Below are positions 17,511-27,367 of a stretch of DNA of 64,000 nucleotides, one piece after another (position 1 is the first letter of the stretch; each line of letters starts with the position of its first letter). The DNA comes from Gammaproteobacteria bacterium. GTDB lineage: Bacteria > Pseudomonadota > Gammaproteobacteria > GRL18. A model generated the notes under the pieces. That model worked only from the letters and a program-made list of their open reading frames with translations. It made no database searches and was not told the DNA's origin. The translations under genes were made by a program, and so were the position numbers. The DNA lies in assembly GCA_016744395.1 (NCBI GenBank), contig JADGEK010000012.1, positions 2,986 to 66,985 of the forward strand. Direction: 5' to 3'.

Positions 17511-20500
17511 TGGCTGAAAACCCTCAATCAGGTATTATCAGTTGGTTTGCCAGTAATCCAGTCTCAGCCAATTTATTAATGTTGGTGGTTATTTGTTTAG
17601 GCTTACTATCGTTTAATAATCTTCGTAAAGAAGCATTTCCCCCAATGGAACCTGACTCAATTACGGTCTCTGTTACTTATGAAAGTGGTGATGCCAAACG
17701 TGCAGAAGAAGGTATTACGATAAAAATAGAAGAAGCACTGGAAACGGTCTCTGGTATAAAGCGTATTACTTCAACCTCCACTGCGACAGGCAGCCAGGTA
17801 AGCATTGAAAAAAACAGTGACTATAACCTTGATACACTACTGACAGATGTAAAAAATAATGTGGATTCAATTTATAATTTACCTTTGAATGCTGAAAATC
17901 CTGTGATTGAAAAAGAACGTCATCAGAATCATGCCTTATGGCTACAACTCTATGGTGAGGCTGATCGAGAAAGCTTACAACAATTGGCTGAGAAATTAAA
18001 AATAGATTTACTGGCTAAATCATGGATCAGTGAGTTGAAGATCAAAGGTAAAGCACAACCTATGATTTCAATTGAAGTAAACGAAGGACTTTTGCAATCG
18101 TATGATTTGACTATCACTGAAATTGCAACTGCCATAAAAAATGAATCATCAACCTCTTTGACCACCAGTTTGCGTAATGACAATAAAACATTACGTTTGA
18201 AGGTGGCAGAACAGGCCTATCACTCTGGTGACTTTTCACGCATTCCTATAATAAAACAAAGTGATGGTTCTTTAATTACCCTGGCTGATGTTGCCAAAGT
18301 AACAGAAACCTTTGAAGATGATCCACAAATTTTGTCACGTTATAATAAACAAAATGCCATTGCCATTGAGCTTTATAGTGATGAGTATGGTGATATTACT
18401 AAAATTGTCGAACAGGCTCACGATGTAATGCAAAACTGGCATGATCGAAATCTTTTACCCAAAAATGTTATGTTGGAGAGTTGGGAAGATCAAAGTTTTC
18501 TCATTACCGATCGTCTTAGCCTGTTAACTTCAAATGCCCTCTCTGGCATTGCCCTGGTCTTCATCATATTGGCCTTATTCCTAAATTTACGTGTTGCACT
18601 ATGGGTTGCTGCTGGTTTGCCCTTTGTCTTCTTTGGCGCCCTATTTTTTATGACTGACAACTTTGCTAATCTGACCATTAATGAAATGACAACATTTGGT
18701 TTTATCCTGGCTTTAGGTATTGTGGTTGATGATGCCGTTGTTGTTGGTGAAAGTATCTATTCTACTCGAAGATTAGAGGGCGATACCCTCGAAAGCACGA
18801 TTAAAGGGACACTTAATGTGGCGACTCCCACTTTGTTTGGCGTATTAACCACCATGGCTGCTTTTATCTCTCTGGCTAATTTATCAGGTATGATGGGGCA
18901 TGTCTATTCACAGTTTGCAACCATTATTACCATTTGTTTACTATTGTCTATCATCGAATCAAAACTCATATTACCAGCTCATATGGCACACTTAAATACT
19001 CATCGAAAACAAACTGTATGGTGGCGTAATCCCTGGCAATTCATTCAAAGCCATTGTGATATGAGCCTGCAATGGTTTAACCAAAACATTTATCGCTATG
19101 TCATTGAATATGCATTACGGTTTCGCTATGCGGTGGTCCTTTTCTTTATTGCCTTATTGATTCTGGTACTTGGTATGCCCAATACAGGTGCCGTAAGGGT
19201 GGTTTTTTTTCCTGAGATTCTAGGTTCAGTGGTTTCTGTCAATATGACCATGCAAAATGATGCCAGCTTTGGTCAAACTCGAATTAATCTTAATCAATTG
19301 GAAGACTTGGCTATATTGGCCGATAAACAATTAATGATGAGTAGAGAACAAACTGGTAGCAATATTACAAGTTTACAACTGTTGTCTGAGGATGATTTTT
19401 CAGGAAAAATTACCATTGAACTCAGCCCTGAATCCACTTATAACGTGGTTGAATTTGAAAAAAAATGGCAAGCGTTAGCAGGAACACCTGAAGGTGTAAA
19501 AAAACTCAAGTTTATGGCCAGTTTTGGCATGATGGATAATTTCAAAGTTGAGTTAAAATCATTGAATGAATCAACCGTCAAGGCAGCTGGTGAACAGTTT
19601 AAATCCATGCTTAAGCAAACAGCCGGGGTCAGTGGTATCGATGATAATCTTAATCCAGGTCAGCCACAGCTGCGTTTTGAACTGACAGAACAAGGGTTCG
19701 CAATGGAAATGGATACCGCCTCCTTAGCACGTCAGGTTCTACAAATGTTTGGTGGTGAAATAGTACAGCGCTATCAACGGGATCAAGATGAAATCAGAGT
19801 TCGTGTTCGATACCCGGAAGAGGCTCGCCAAACTCTTGCGGATGTACAAAAAGCCCATGTCCGTACTCCCTCTGGTCAAGTGGTACCACTCACCTCTGTG
19901 GCTAAAGTAATGTTTAACTTTCAACAAGATGAAGTCACTCGAATTAATGCACAGCGAGCAGTCTACCTGACCGCAGTGGTTGATAAGAGTATTATTGCAC
20001 CACAAGAATTAGTACAGTATCTACAACGAGAACTGGTGCCAGAGCTTATGGCTCAATACCCTGATCTGACCATTCATTTTGCAGGTGAAGCTGAAGAACA
20101 GATGGAAACCACGAGTTCTATGATAGAGTTATTTATTGTTGCTTTATTGGCCATTTATGTATTGCTGGCAGTACCATTGAAGTCGTACATACAACCCTTT
20201 TTGATAATGACTGCGATACCCTTTGGTGTTGTTGGTGCTATTTTGGGCCACTGGTTTAATGATTTGGCCTTAAGTATTTTATCATTAAATGGTATTCTGG
20301 CTCTGAGTGGTGTGGTTGTTAATGATAGTTTACTCTTAGTGTCACGTTTTAATCAGTTACGAAAACAAGACATCTCCATACATGACGCTATTGTAGAAAC
20401 GTGTATGGGACGTTTACGTGCTGTATTACTGACCTCTGTCACTACTTTTGCTGGCCTGGCACCGTTATTAAGTGAGACATCTATGCAGGCCCAATTTTTA

Positions 20501-20647
20501 ATACCAGCAGCAGCTTCAATGGGATATGGAATCTTGTTTGCTACAGTGATCACTCTTATTCTAGTGCCCTCTTTGTTAAAAATTCAAGATGATTTTATAT
20601 CTTTGTTTGCGATCTCTACACCGAAACAATTGGAAGCCGTATCATGA
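17507..20647 (+). CDS. RND efflux transporter permease (AcrB/AcrD/AcrF superfamily)
   Basis: 1046 aa, 12-TM layout with two large loops, and GIVVDDAVVVGESI in TM4. ATGA overlap with the adaptor gene. Confidence 0.9.
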   Translation: MMAENPQSGIISWFASNPVSANLLMLVVICLGLLSFNNLRKEAFPPMEPDSITVSVTYESGDAKRAEEGITIKIEEALETVSGIKRITSTSTATGSQVSIEKNSDYNLDTLLTDVKNNVDSIYNLPLNAENPVIEKERHQNHALWLQLYGEADRESLQQLAEKLKIDLLAKSWISELKIKGKAQPMISIEVNEGLLQSYDLTITEIATAIKNESSTSLTTSLRNDNKTLRLKVAEQAYHSGDFSRIPIIKQSDGSLITLADVAKVTETFEDDPQILSRYNKQNAIAIELYSDEYGDITKIVEQAHDVMQNWHDRNLLPKNVMLESWEDQSFLITDRLSLLTSNALSGIALVFIILALFLNLRVALWVAAGLPFVFFGALFFMTDNFANLTINEMTTFGFILALGIVVDDAVVVGESIYSTRRLEGDTLESTIKGTLNVATPTLFGVLTTMAAFISLANLSGMMGHVYSQFATIITICLLLSIIESKLILPAHMAHLNTHRKQTVWWRNPWQFIQSHCDMSLQWFNQNIYRYVIEYALRFRYAVVLFFIALLILVLGMPNTGAVRVVFFPEILGSVVSVNMTMQNDASFGQTRINLNQLEDLAILADKQLMMSREQTGSNITSLQLLSEDDFSGKITIELSPESTYNVVEFEKKWQALAGTPEGVKKLKFMASFGMMDNFKVELKSLNESTVKAAGEQFKSMLKQTAGVSGIDDNLNPGQPQLRFELTEQGFAMEMDTASLARQVLQMFGGEIVQRYQRDQDEIRVRVRYPEEARQTLADVQKAHVRTPSGQVVPLTSVAKVMFNFQQDEVTRINAQRAVYLTAVVDKSIIAPQELVQYLQRELVPELMAQYPDLTIHFAGEAEEQMETTSSMIELFIVALLAIYVLLAVPLKSYIQPFLIMTAIPFGVVGAILGHWFNDLALSILSLNGILALSGVVVNDSLLLVSRFNQLRKQDISIHDAIVETCMGRLRAVLLTSVTTFAGLAPLLSETSMQAQFLIPAAASMGYGILFATVITLILVPSLLKIQDDFISLFAISTPKQLEAVS

Positions 20648-21321
20648 CTTTAAATGTCTTAGTGGTCGAAGATAATCTGGATCTGGCAGCAGCCATTATT
20701 GACTATCTTGAAACCGAAAACATTGCCAGTGATCATTCTTCCAATGGCGTTTCTGGGCTTGCACAGATAAAGACTAATGATTATCAGGTCATTATTTTAG
20801 ATTTAAATATACCACGGATGGATGGTTTAAGTGTCTGCGAAAATATGCGTCAACAAGGTATTGATACACCAGTTTTGATGTTGACAGCACGCGATAGTTT
20901 AGCCGATAAAATTGCAGGTTTTGATGCTGGTACAGATGATTATCTGGTCAAACCATTTGCAATGAAAGAGCTTGTAATACGAGTAAAAGCTTTGGGGAAG
21001 CGACGTAGTGGACAAATTACTTTTTTACAAGTTGAGGATTTGACGCTTGACTTAAAGCAAAAAAAAGCTTTCCGCATGGAACAGCCTTTAAAATTAACCC
21101 CTATTGCCCTAAAACTGTTAGAGGTTTTAATGAGGGCCAGTCCCAATCCAGTCAGCAGAAATGAATTAATTAATGAGGTTTGGGGTGATGATGGACCTGA
21201 TAGTAATAGCCTTAAAGTACATATTTATAATTTAAGGCGACAAATAGATGGACAGTATTCAAACAGCTCTCCCCTACTAAAAACAATTACAGGTTATGGT
21301 TTTTCTCTCAAAAAGCCATAG
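20644..21321 (+). CDS. OmpR-family response regulator
   Basis: Receiver domain (VLVVEDN, ILDLNIPRMDG, KPF) plus a winged-helix output domain (LTPIALKLLEVL...GYGFSL). ATGA overlap with the RND gene. Confidence 0.9.
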   Translation: MTLNVLVVEDNLDLAAAIIDYLETENIASDHSSNGVSGLAQIKTNDYQVIILDLNIPRMDGLSVCENMRQQGIDTPVLMLTARDSLADKIAGFDAGTDDYLVKPFAMKELVIRVKALGKRRSGQITFLQVEDLTLDLKQKKAFRMEQPLKLTPIALKLLEVLMRASPNPVSRNELINEVWGDDGPDSNSLKVHIYNLRRQIDGQYSNSSPLLKTITGYGFSLKKP

Positions 21322-21337
21322 TGTTTAAGAGAATATA

Positions 21338-22603
21338 ATGAAAATAAGAATCAGTTTAAAACTGTATTTTTTAAGTGCTATGCTCATGCTTGGTATTATT
21401 ATAGTGACCAGTTCTTCTGTTTTAATGATGAATTATTTTGTTCAAGGCTTAGATACTGTCCTACAAGTTAATATGAGAAATGCCGCTGAAAAAACTGTGG
21501 CAAAAGATGGTAGTCCTGCAACGATACTTAACTATCATGTGGCTACGCGATGGCTGGATGTTCCTGATGTAATAAAACAAAATATCCCAAAGCCACCCGA
21601 ACTATCACCTGGTTTTATTAAAGTAATCGATGGTAGTAACTGGTTTGAACCGCCTGATTCAGGATATTTTGTATTAAGGGTTAAAGGGAAACAAGGACAA
21701 GAATTTTATGTTTCACACTTATTTGAGAAACATGAAGAACCTAAAATTGAGAATAAAGGACTGCCCCCATCTTTGACAATTATCATTGTTGGAATGATTA
21801 CTATTTGTTTGATTTTTGTGCTTTTAGTTTTAATGATCCGTTCGGTAGCATCTCCCGTTGAAAAATTAGGTGATTGGGCGAAAAACCTGAATGCAGATAA
21901 ACTGAACAATTCACCTCCTGATTTCCAATATAATGAATTGAATAAGCTTGCTCTGATTATAAAAAGTAGTTTACATTCCGTACAAAAAGCATTGCAACGA
22001 GAACATGATTTCCTTCGCCATGCCAGCCATGAATTACGTACACCAATAACTGTTTTGAGAGGTAATATTGATTTATTAAAAAAAATTAAGTCGTGTTCAA
22101 CCAGTAAAGAAATTACCATTATTGAGCGTATAGAGCGAGCTTGCTTCACTATGGGTGATCTGACTGAAACTTTATTATGGTTAAGCCGTGAAAATGAAAC
22201 ACCACCATTTAAGGAAAGCATTGCTTTGGATATACTACTAAAAGAATTAGTCGATGAATTAAAATATTTGCTACAAGGAAAAGAAGTTGAAATTGTAATT
22301 AATTCTAAGCCTTATCAAATTGAAGCCCCTAGGTCTGCTTGTCGAATGGTGCTCAACAATTTAATCAGAAATGCCTTTGAGCATACACAAACAGGTACTA
22401 TCTTTATTGAGCAATTTAATGCTCACATATTAATAAATAATCGTAACACCAATATTAAAGAAAAAAAAGAGGAACTTGGATTTGGTCTGGGTTTAAAACT
22501 GACAAAAAAACTGAGTCGGCGATTTGACTGGTCTTATTTAAGTGAACCCACTGAATTTGGACATAATGTTAAAGTGAATTTTGCTCCTAAGTCAAAAAAT
22601 TAA
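21338..22603 (+). CDS. Sensor histidine kinase
   Basis: Two TM segments, H-box HASHELRTPITVLRGN, N-box NLIRNAFEHT, G-box GFGLGL. Confidence 0.85.
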   Translation: MKIRISLKLYFLSAMLMLGIIIVTSSSVLMMNYFVQGLDTVLQVNMRNAAEKTVAKDGSPATILNYHVATRWLDVPDVIKQNIPKPPELSPGFIKVIDGSNWFEPPDSGYFVLRVKGKQGQEFYVSHLFEKHEEPKIENKGLPPSLTIIIVGMITICLIFVLLVLMIRSVASPVEKLGDWAKNLNADKLNNSPPDFQYNELNKLALIIKSSLHSVQKALQREHDFLRHASHELRTPITVLRGNIDLLKKIKSCSTSKEITIIERIERACFTMGDLTETLLWLSRENETPPFKESIALDILLKELVDELKYLLQGKEVEIVINSKPYQIEAPRSACRMVLNNLIRNAFEHTQTGTIFIEQFNAHILINNRNTNIKEKKEELGFGLGLKLTKKLSRRFDWSYLSEPTEFGHNVKVNFAPKSKN

Positions 22604-22663
22604 TGGAATCTATGTGCAGATTCAAATTTGTATTATTTTTCAAGGTTAAGCAACATAAATTAA

Positions 22664-22697
22664 AATAAGAGTACCACAAAAGAATACTCTTATTTTG
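22664..22697. terminator. Bidirectional rho-independent terminator between convergent genes
   Basis: Perfect 10-bp inverted repeat AATAAGAGTA (22664-22673) / TACTCTTATT (22685-22694) with an 11-nt loop. It is flanked by a T-run on the plus strand and an A-run on the 5' side (a T-run for the minus strand). Confidence 0.6.
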
Positions 22698-22703
22698 TTT
22701 GTA

Positions 22704-23399
22704 TTACGCTTGTAACTTTAAAATACTGCTGATTTCCTCATTGTTTGTTTGATATTGTTGAAGCATAGCCTGGACCAGCTTTGATATTTGATCACTGCTA
22801 CTTGCTGTCGTATCTTGCCCGTCATCCTCTTCTTGAGTTTTAGAATGATGATTATCCATAGCTGCCTGTAACTCTTCCTGTGTTACCTTGCCATCTCCGT
22901 CTGCATCAGCATCATTGAATAAACTACTGATTCGTGAACTATCTTCATTTTCACCAGGGTGTTTCAAAGCTTCCGTGAACTCTGAAAGATCTAAACTACC
23001 ATCTTCATCAGTATCACTAGAAGAAATGAGCTCTTCAGCATTTTGACCTTCACCATTTGCTGGTGGAGGAGGCGGTGGTGGCATGTTATTGCCCATACCT
23101 TGTTGTTGCATCTGTTGAATTAATAGATCACTGATAGCAATACTTGCCTCTTCAGTTGTGACTGAGCCATCGCCGTCTGAATCCATTTGTGAAAATAAAC
23201 CATCAATACTTTCAGAATCTGAGCTTTCACTCGTTTCGAACAAACTGGTAAATTCTGATTTACTGATAATACCATCACTATCGGCATCAGCTTTAGCTAA
23301 TAGTTTTTCTGAAATTTTATCAGGTTCAGGTGACGTTCGCTGTCGCATTCCTGACATCATTGATGCTGAATATCCGCTTGTTCCAATACTATCAATCAT
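22704..23399 (-). CDS. Acidic EF-hand calcium-binding protein (four canonical loops) with a central Pro7 tract
   Basis: Loops DADSDGIISKSE, DSDGDGSVTTEE, DTDEDGSLDLSE and DADGDGKVTQEE. PPPPPPP is encoded at 23061-23081. Confidence 0.8.
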   Translation of the reverse strand: MIDSIGTSGYSASMMSGMRQRTSPEPDKISEKLLAKADADSDGIISKSEFTSLFETSESSDSESIDGLFSQMDSDGDGSVTTEEASIAISDLLIQQMQQQGMGNNMPPPPPPPANGEGQNAEELISSSDTDEDGSLDLSEFTEALKHPGENEDSSRISSLFNDADADGDGKVTQEELQAAMDNHHSKTQEEDDGQDTTASSSDQISKLVQAMLQQYQTNNEEISSILKLQA

Positions 23400-23471
23400 A
23401 GTATTTACTCCTTTAATAATTCTGTTGATGTAAGATAAACAAATATGTCATTGTGTATTTCTAATCATGAT

Positions 23472-23506
23472 TCATTGCCATGTAGCGGCAAATCATTGCC
23501 ATGTAG
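23472..23506. promoter_or_regulatory. Perfect 14-bp direct repeat TCATTGCCATGTAG x2 (21-bp period); candidate operator
   Basis: Copies at 23472-23485 and 23493-23506, with a degenerate third copy (GTCATGCCAT) about 22 bp further on. The repeats lie 73-107 bp upstream of the EF-hand gene start. Confidence 0.4.
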
Positions 23507-23630
23507 TGTAAATCAGTCATGCCATTTATTTTTTGTTTTATGAAAATAGCCCGCAGTATAATAATCCTTAACTCAGTCTTTTATGAAAGTTGTCATAAAA
23601 AATGTTCACTTTAACTTTAGTTTTAAAATG

Positions 23631-23656
23631 TGCAGGAAATATGAAGGAATTGTGGA
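23631..23656. promoter_or_regulatory. Shared motif copy 1: TGCAGGAAATATGAAG plus a tandem 11-bp half-site
   Basis: The 16-mer is identical to 33683-33698. It contains tandem half-sites GGAAATATGAA (23635-23645) and GGAATTGTGGA (23646-23656), the typical geometry for OmpR/PhoB-family binding sites. Confidence 0.4.
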
Positions 23657-23737
23657 TTTTAGGGGTGAATTTCTTATTTTCATGTAAAAAAAGGGTATTA
23701 TGAGTAATATCCAATTTAATTAATTATCAGAAAAAAA

Positions 23738-25204
23738 ATGAATTTTAAAATCTGGCACAAATTGGCACTTCTATTAATCATAGTTACCACATTAACTGTG
23801 ATAATAGGAATTGGCCTGTCTCAATTAAGCTTTAAAAGTGGGTTTAAAGATTATCTAAACAAACAAGAGCAACGTCATTTAACCAATCTCAGTAACAATT
23901 TATTGACTGCTTATGAAAAGAATTTTGGTTGGGAGTTCATCCGTGATAATAATCGCTTATGGTTTTTTTATTTACGCCCTAAGCCCCCACAATTTAATAC
24001 AGGTATTGATAAACATTGGGGAGAATTACCAAAAGATGATTTAAAATTCACTGATAGTATGCGAATGCCTCCTCCTCCCCCTCCTCCACATTTCCCTCCA
24101 CGTGGGGATGGTTTTGACTTTAAAAATAAATTTCCTAAAATTGCTTTATTAGATACCGATAAACAACTTATTGTCGGAGAGTTATCCGACAAAGATAATT
24201 CTGAATATTATCCTCTAAAAAGCAAGGGAGGAATTGTTGCCTATATTCAAAAAGAAAGATTTACAGGATTTACTGACCATTTGGATAAAATGTTTGCAGC
24301 AAAACAAAGTAATGCTTTTCTTCTTAACAGCTTTATTTCTCTTATCTTGTCGATAATCATTGCTTTAATTATTTCAGTTTATTTTCGAAAACGAATCAAT
24401 GCCTTGACACAAATTGCTCAACAACTAACATCAGGAGAATACAAACAACGGATCTCCATCAACCAAAAAGATGAATTAGGACAATTAGGAATACACTTCA
24501 ATACATTGGCAGAAACTTTACAAAAAAATCAACAATCACAACAACAGTGGATTGCTGATATTTCCCATGAACTCCGCACGCCTATAGCGATATTAAAAGG
24601 TGAACTTGAAGCAATCGATGATGGGATTCATCCTTTAAACAAGCATTCAATTAAGTCTCTTTCACAAGAAACAGAACGTTTAAATAAATTAATTGCAGAT
24701 CTCTACCAATTATCAATTTCAGATATGGGTGCTTTAAAATATTTAAAACAGAAATTTATTTTTAACAAGTTAATAGATGAATTATCAGAGTGTTTTTTTA
24801 CGCGCTATTCAAAAAAAGGTATCTCTTTAAGAGTAAATAATTCTATTCCAGATTATTTTGAAATCAATGCAGATAAACAGCGACTCTATCAATTATTAAG
24901 TAATTTATTAGAAAATTCATTACGCTATACCGATCCTGATGGTGAAGTCTTGCTTCATTGCATGGAGAACAAAAAAGAAGTTGTTCTGGTAATAGAAGAT
25001 TCAGCTCCTGGCATTGATAATAATAAAATAACACATATTTTTGATAGACTCTTCCGAGTGGAAAATTCACGTTCACGATCAAATGGCGGGGCAGGTCTGG
25101 GATTAGCTATTGCGAAACAAATAGTGTTAGCTCATCAGGGAAATATTTTTGCAAGCCCTTCTTGTCTTGGTGGAATAAAGATTGCATGTATTATACCAAA
25201 ATAA
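23738..25204 (+). CDS. Sensor histidine kinase (BaeS/CpxA-like) with a Pro7 tract in the periplasmic loop
   Basis: Two TM segments, a HAMP domain, H-box SHELRTPIAILKGE, N-box LLENSLRYT, G-box GGAGLGLAIAKQIV. PPPPPPP is encoded at 24068-24088. Confidence 0.85.
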   Translation: MNFKIWHKLALLLIIVTTLTVIIGIGLSQLSFKSGFKDYLNKQEQRHLTNLSNNLLTAYEKNFGWEFIRDNNRLWFFYLRPKPPQFNTGIDKHWGELPKDDLKFTDSMRMPPPPPPPHFPPRGDGFDFKNKFPKIALLDTDKQLIVGELSDKDNSEYYPLKSKGGIVAYIQKERFTGFTDHLDKMFAAKQSNAFLLNSFISLILSIIIALIISVYFRKRINALTQIAQQLTSGEYKQRISINQKDELGQLGIHFNTLAETLQKNQQSQQQWIADISHELRTPIAILKGELEAIDDGIHPLNKHSIKSLSQETERLNKLIADLYQLSISDMGALKYLKQKFIFNKLIDELSECFFTRYSKKGISLRVNNSIPDYFEINADKQRLYQLLSNLLENSLRYTDPDGEVLLHCMENKKEVVLVIEDSAPGIDNNKITHIFDRLFRVENSRSRSNGGAGLGLAIAKQIVLAHQGNIFASPSCLGGIKIACIIPK

Positions 25205-25234
25205 AGCAAACTTATACCCAGAAAAATAAAGCTT

Positions 25235-25912
25235 ATGCCAAAACACATTTTAATTGTTGAAGATGAATCCAAAATTGCCAACTTGCTCCAAAGTTATTTT
25301 CAAGCCAGTCAATACCAAACTACAATCTTAGATCATGGAACGCATGTTACTGGCTGGGTTAAATACCATAAGCCTGCAATGATTTTATTAGATTTAATGT
25401 TGCCAGGTAAGGATGGAATCGACATTTGTCGAGAAATTCGACATTTTTCAAATATACCCATTATTATGATCACGGCACGTATCGATGAAATAGATAGGAT
25501 TATTGGTCTTGAGATTGGTGCTGACGATTATATCTGTAAACCTTTTAGTCCACGAGAAGTTGTACTACGGGCAAAAGTAATATTTCGTCGATTAGCTCCC
25601 TTACTTGATTGCAAACAGAGCCAAAAGCTAAAATTATTTCTTGATGAAGAAAAATATATTGCTAATTATAATCAAACAGAATTAGACTTGACTCCTGTAG
25701 AATTCAGACTTCTCACTTTTTTTCACAAAAAACCTGGGAAAGTTTTTTCTCGTGAACAGCTCATGAACGCTTTGTATGAAGATCAGCGTATTGTGACCGA
25801 CCGTACTATCGATAGCCATATCAGAAATCTTAGAAAAAAATTACTTCATGCAGGCTGTACAGATGAAATAATTCATTCAGTCTATGGTGTTGGTTATAAA
25901 TATGAATTATGA
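25235..25912 (+). CDS. OmpR-family response regulator (BaeR-like)
   Basis: Receiver domain (ILIVEDE, LLDLMLPGKDG, KPF) plus a winged-helix domain (LTPVEFRLLTFF...GVGYK). Confidence 0.9.
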   Translation: MPKHILIVEDESKIANLLQSYFQASQYQTTILDHGTHVTGWVKYHKPAMILLDLMLPGKDGIDICREIRHFSNIPIIMITARIDEIDRIIGLEIGADDYICKPFSPREVVLRAKVIFRRLAPLLDCKQSQKLKLFLDEEKYIANYNQTELDLTPVEFRLLTFFHKKPGKVFSREQLMNALYEDQRIVTDRTIDSHIRNLRKKLLHAGCTDEIIHSVYGVGYKYEL

Positions 25913-26044
25913 GGCTCTATAGCAACCATTAATTCTGTACACTAAACATCTCCTTTATTTTTGCACATTTTATTCATACTCTCTGCATATTTTAAGCGTA
26001 AAATTTTTTACGTATGATAAATAAGATTCATTGGGGAGAATAAA

Positions 26045-27358
26045 ATGGCAAGTCTGACTCTTGGTGGAGTGAACTTGGATGTACAAGGACTCGTTTCTCA
26101 ATTAATGGAGGTTGAGAGTGTTCCCCTTGAGCGTCTTCAAGAAAAAGCGAGTGAGTACGAATCTAAACTAAGTGCTATGGGACGTTTAAAAAGTGCTCTA
26201 TCTGCTTTTCAAACATCAATGGGGAGTCTTGGGTCTCTTGATCAATTTGAAACATATAAAGTATCCACTTCTGAATCATCATCCGATCAAAGTTTTACTG
26301 CCACTGTAGATAGTGATGCAACAGCTGGTGCCTTTTCCATTGAAGTTGAGAACTTAGCAAGAGCTAATAAGTTTGGTTCTACTACAGCTTTTGCTAGTAG
26401 TGATACTGCGATTACAACATCCTCGTCCAGTTTAGATGTCAGTGTCGGTAGTGATTCATTTTCCATTGATATTAAAGATCAATCACTTGAACAAATTCGA
26501 GATGCCATCAATAGTGCCGCAGAATCAGGAGATGTCGGTGTTTCAGCATCAATTATTCAGGAGGATTCCAATTCTTTTCAACTGGTATTAACCGCATCAG
26601 AAACTGGTCTTGACAATAAAATTGTGGTGTCAGGCACAGCTGCAACAACTCTTGATTTAAGTGAAAAACAAACAGCACTGGATGCAACTGTTCTGGTCGA
26701 TAATAGCTACACGATAAGTAGTGCATCAAATACTATTGATGATGCAATTTCAGGCATTTCTCTTAATTTGCTCAAGGAAAGTACAGATACAGTTGACTTA
26801 AAGATAGAAAGAGACATTGATGCAGTTGAAGAATCTATAGGGAATTTTGTGAGTGCTTTTAACACATTGAATAGTACGATTAAAGCATTAAAGGAAAGTG
26901 GTTTAGAAAATGATAGTATCACAAACAGTATCTTAACAAATATAAAAAGTGAATTTAATAGTAGTGCTGGATTGACTGGTTCATTTAATTATCTTGCAGA
27001 AATAGGTATAACCTCAAATGCCGAAACTGGCGATTTGGAGCTTGACAGTGATAAGTTGGAAACTGCAGTCGCTCTTGATTATGAAGCAATTGCTCAATTA
27101 TTTGCTAATGACAACAAGGGCATTGCATTTCGTCTGGAACAAGAAATGGATGAATACTTGAGCTACGATGGCCTGATAGAATCTCGTGAAGAAGGCCTAA
27201 ATTCAAGAATTAGATATAATGAAGATTCTCAATTAAGGATGGAATATCGGCTGGAAAAAATTGAAGCACAATATCTAAAAAAATTCAGTGCACTAGACTC
27301 TCTTATTTCAGAATCAAATTCAACGAGTTCATATTTAACCCAGCAATTAGAGAGTTAG
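26045..27358 (+). CDS. fliD: Flagellar filament cap protein FliD
   Basis: N-terminus VQGLVSQLMEVESVPLERLQEKASEYESKLSAMGRLKSALSAF, and a C-terminal region typical of FliD. Confidence 0.85.
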   Translation: MASLTLGGVNLDVQGLVSQLMEVESVPLERLQEKASEYESKLSAMGRLKSALSAFQTSMGSLGSLDQFETYKVSTSESSSDQSFTATVDSDATAGAFSIEVENLARANKFGSTTAFASSDTAITTSSSSLDVSVGSDSFSIDIKDQSLEQIRDAINSAAESGDVGVSASIIQEDSNSFQLVLTASETGLDNKIVVSGTAATTLDLSEKQTALDATVLVDNSYTISSASNTIDDAISGISLNLLKESTDTVDLKIERDIDAVEESIGNFVSAFNTLNSTIKALKESGLENDSITNSILTNIKSEFNSSAGLTGSFNYLAEIGITSNAETGDLELDSDKLETAVALDYEAIAQLFANDNKGIAFRLEQEMDEYLSYDGLIESREEGLNSRIRYNEDSQLRMEYRLEKIEAQYLKKFSALDSLISESNSTSSYLTQQLES

Positions 27359-27367
27359 AAATATTTC

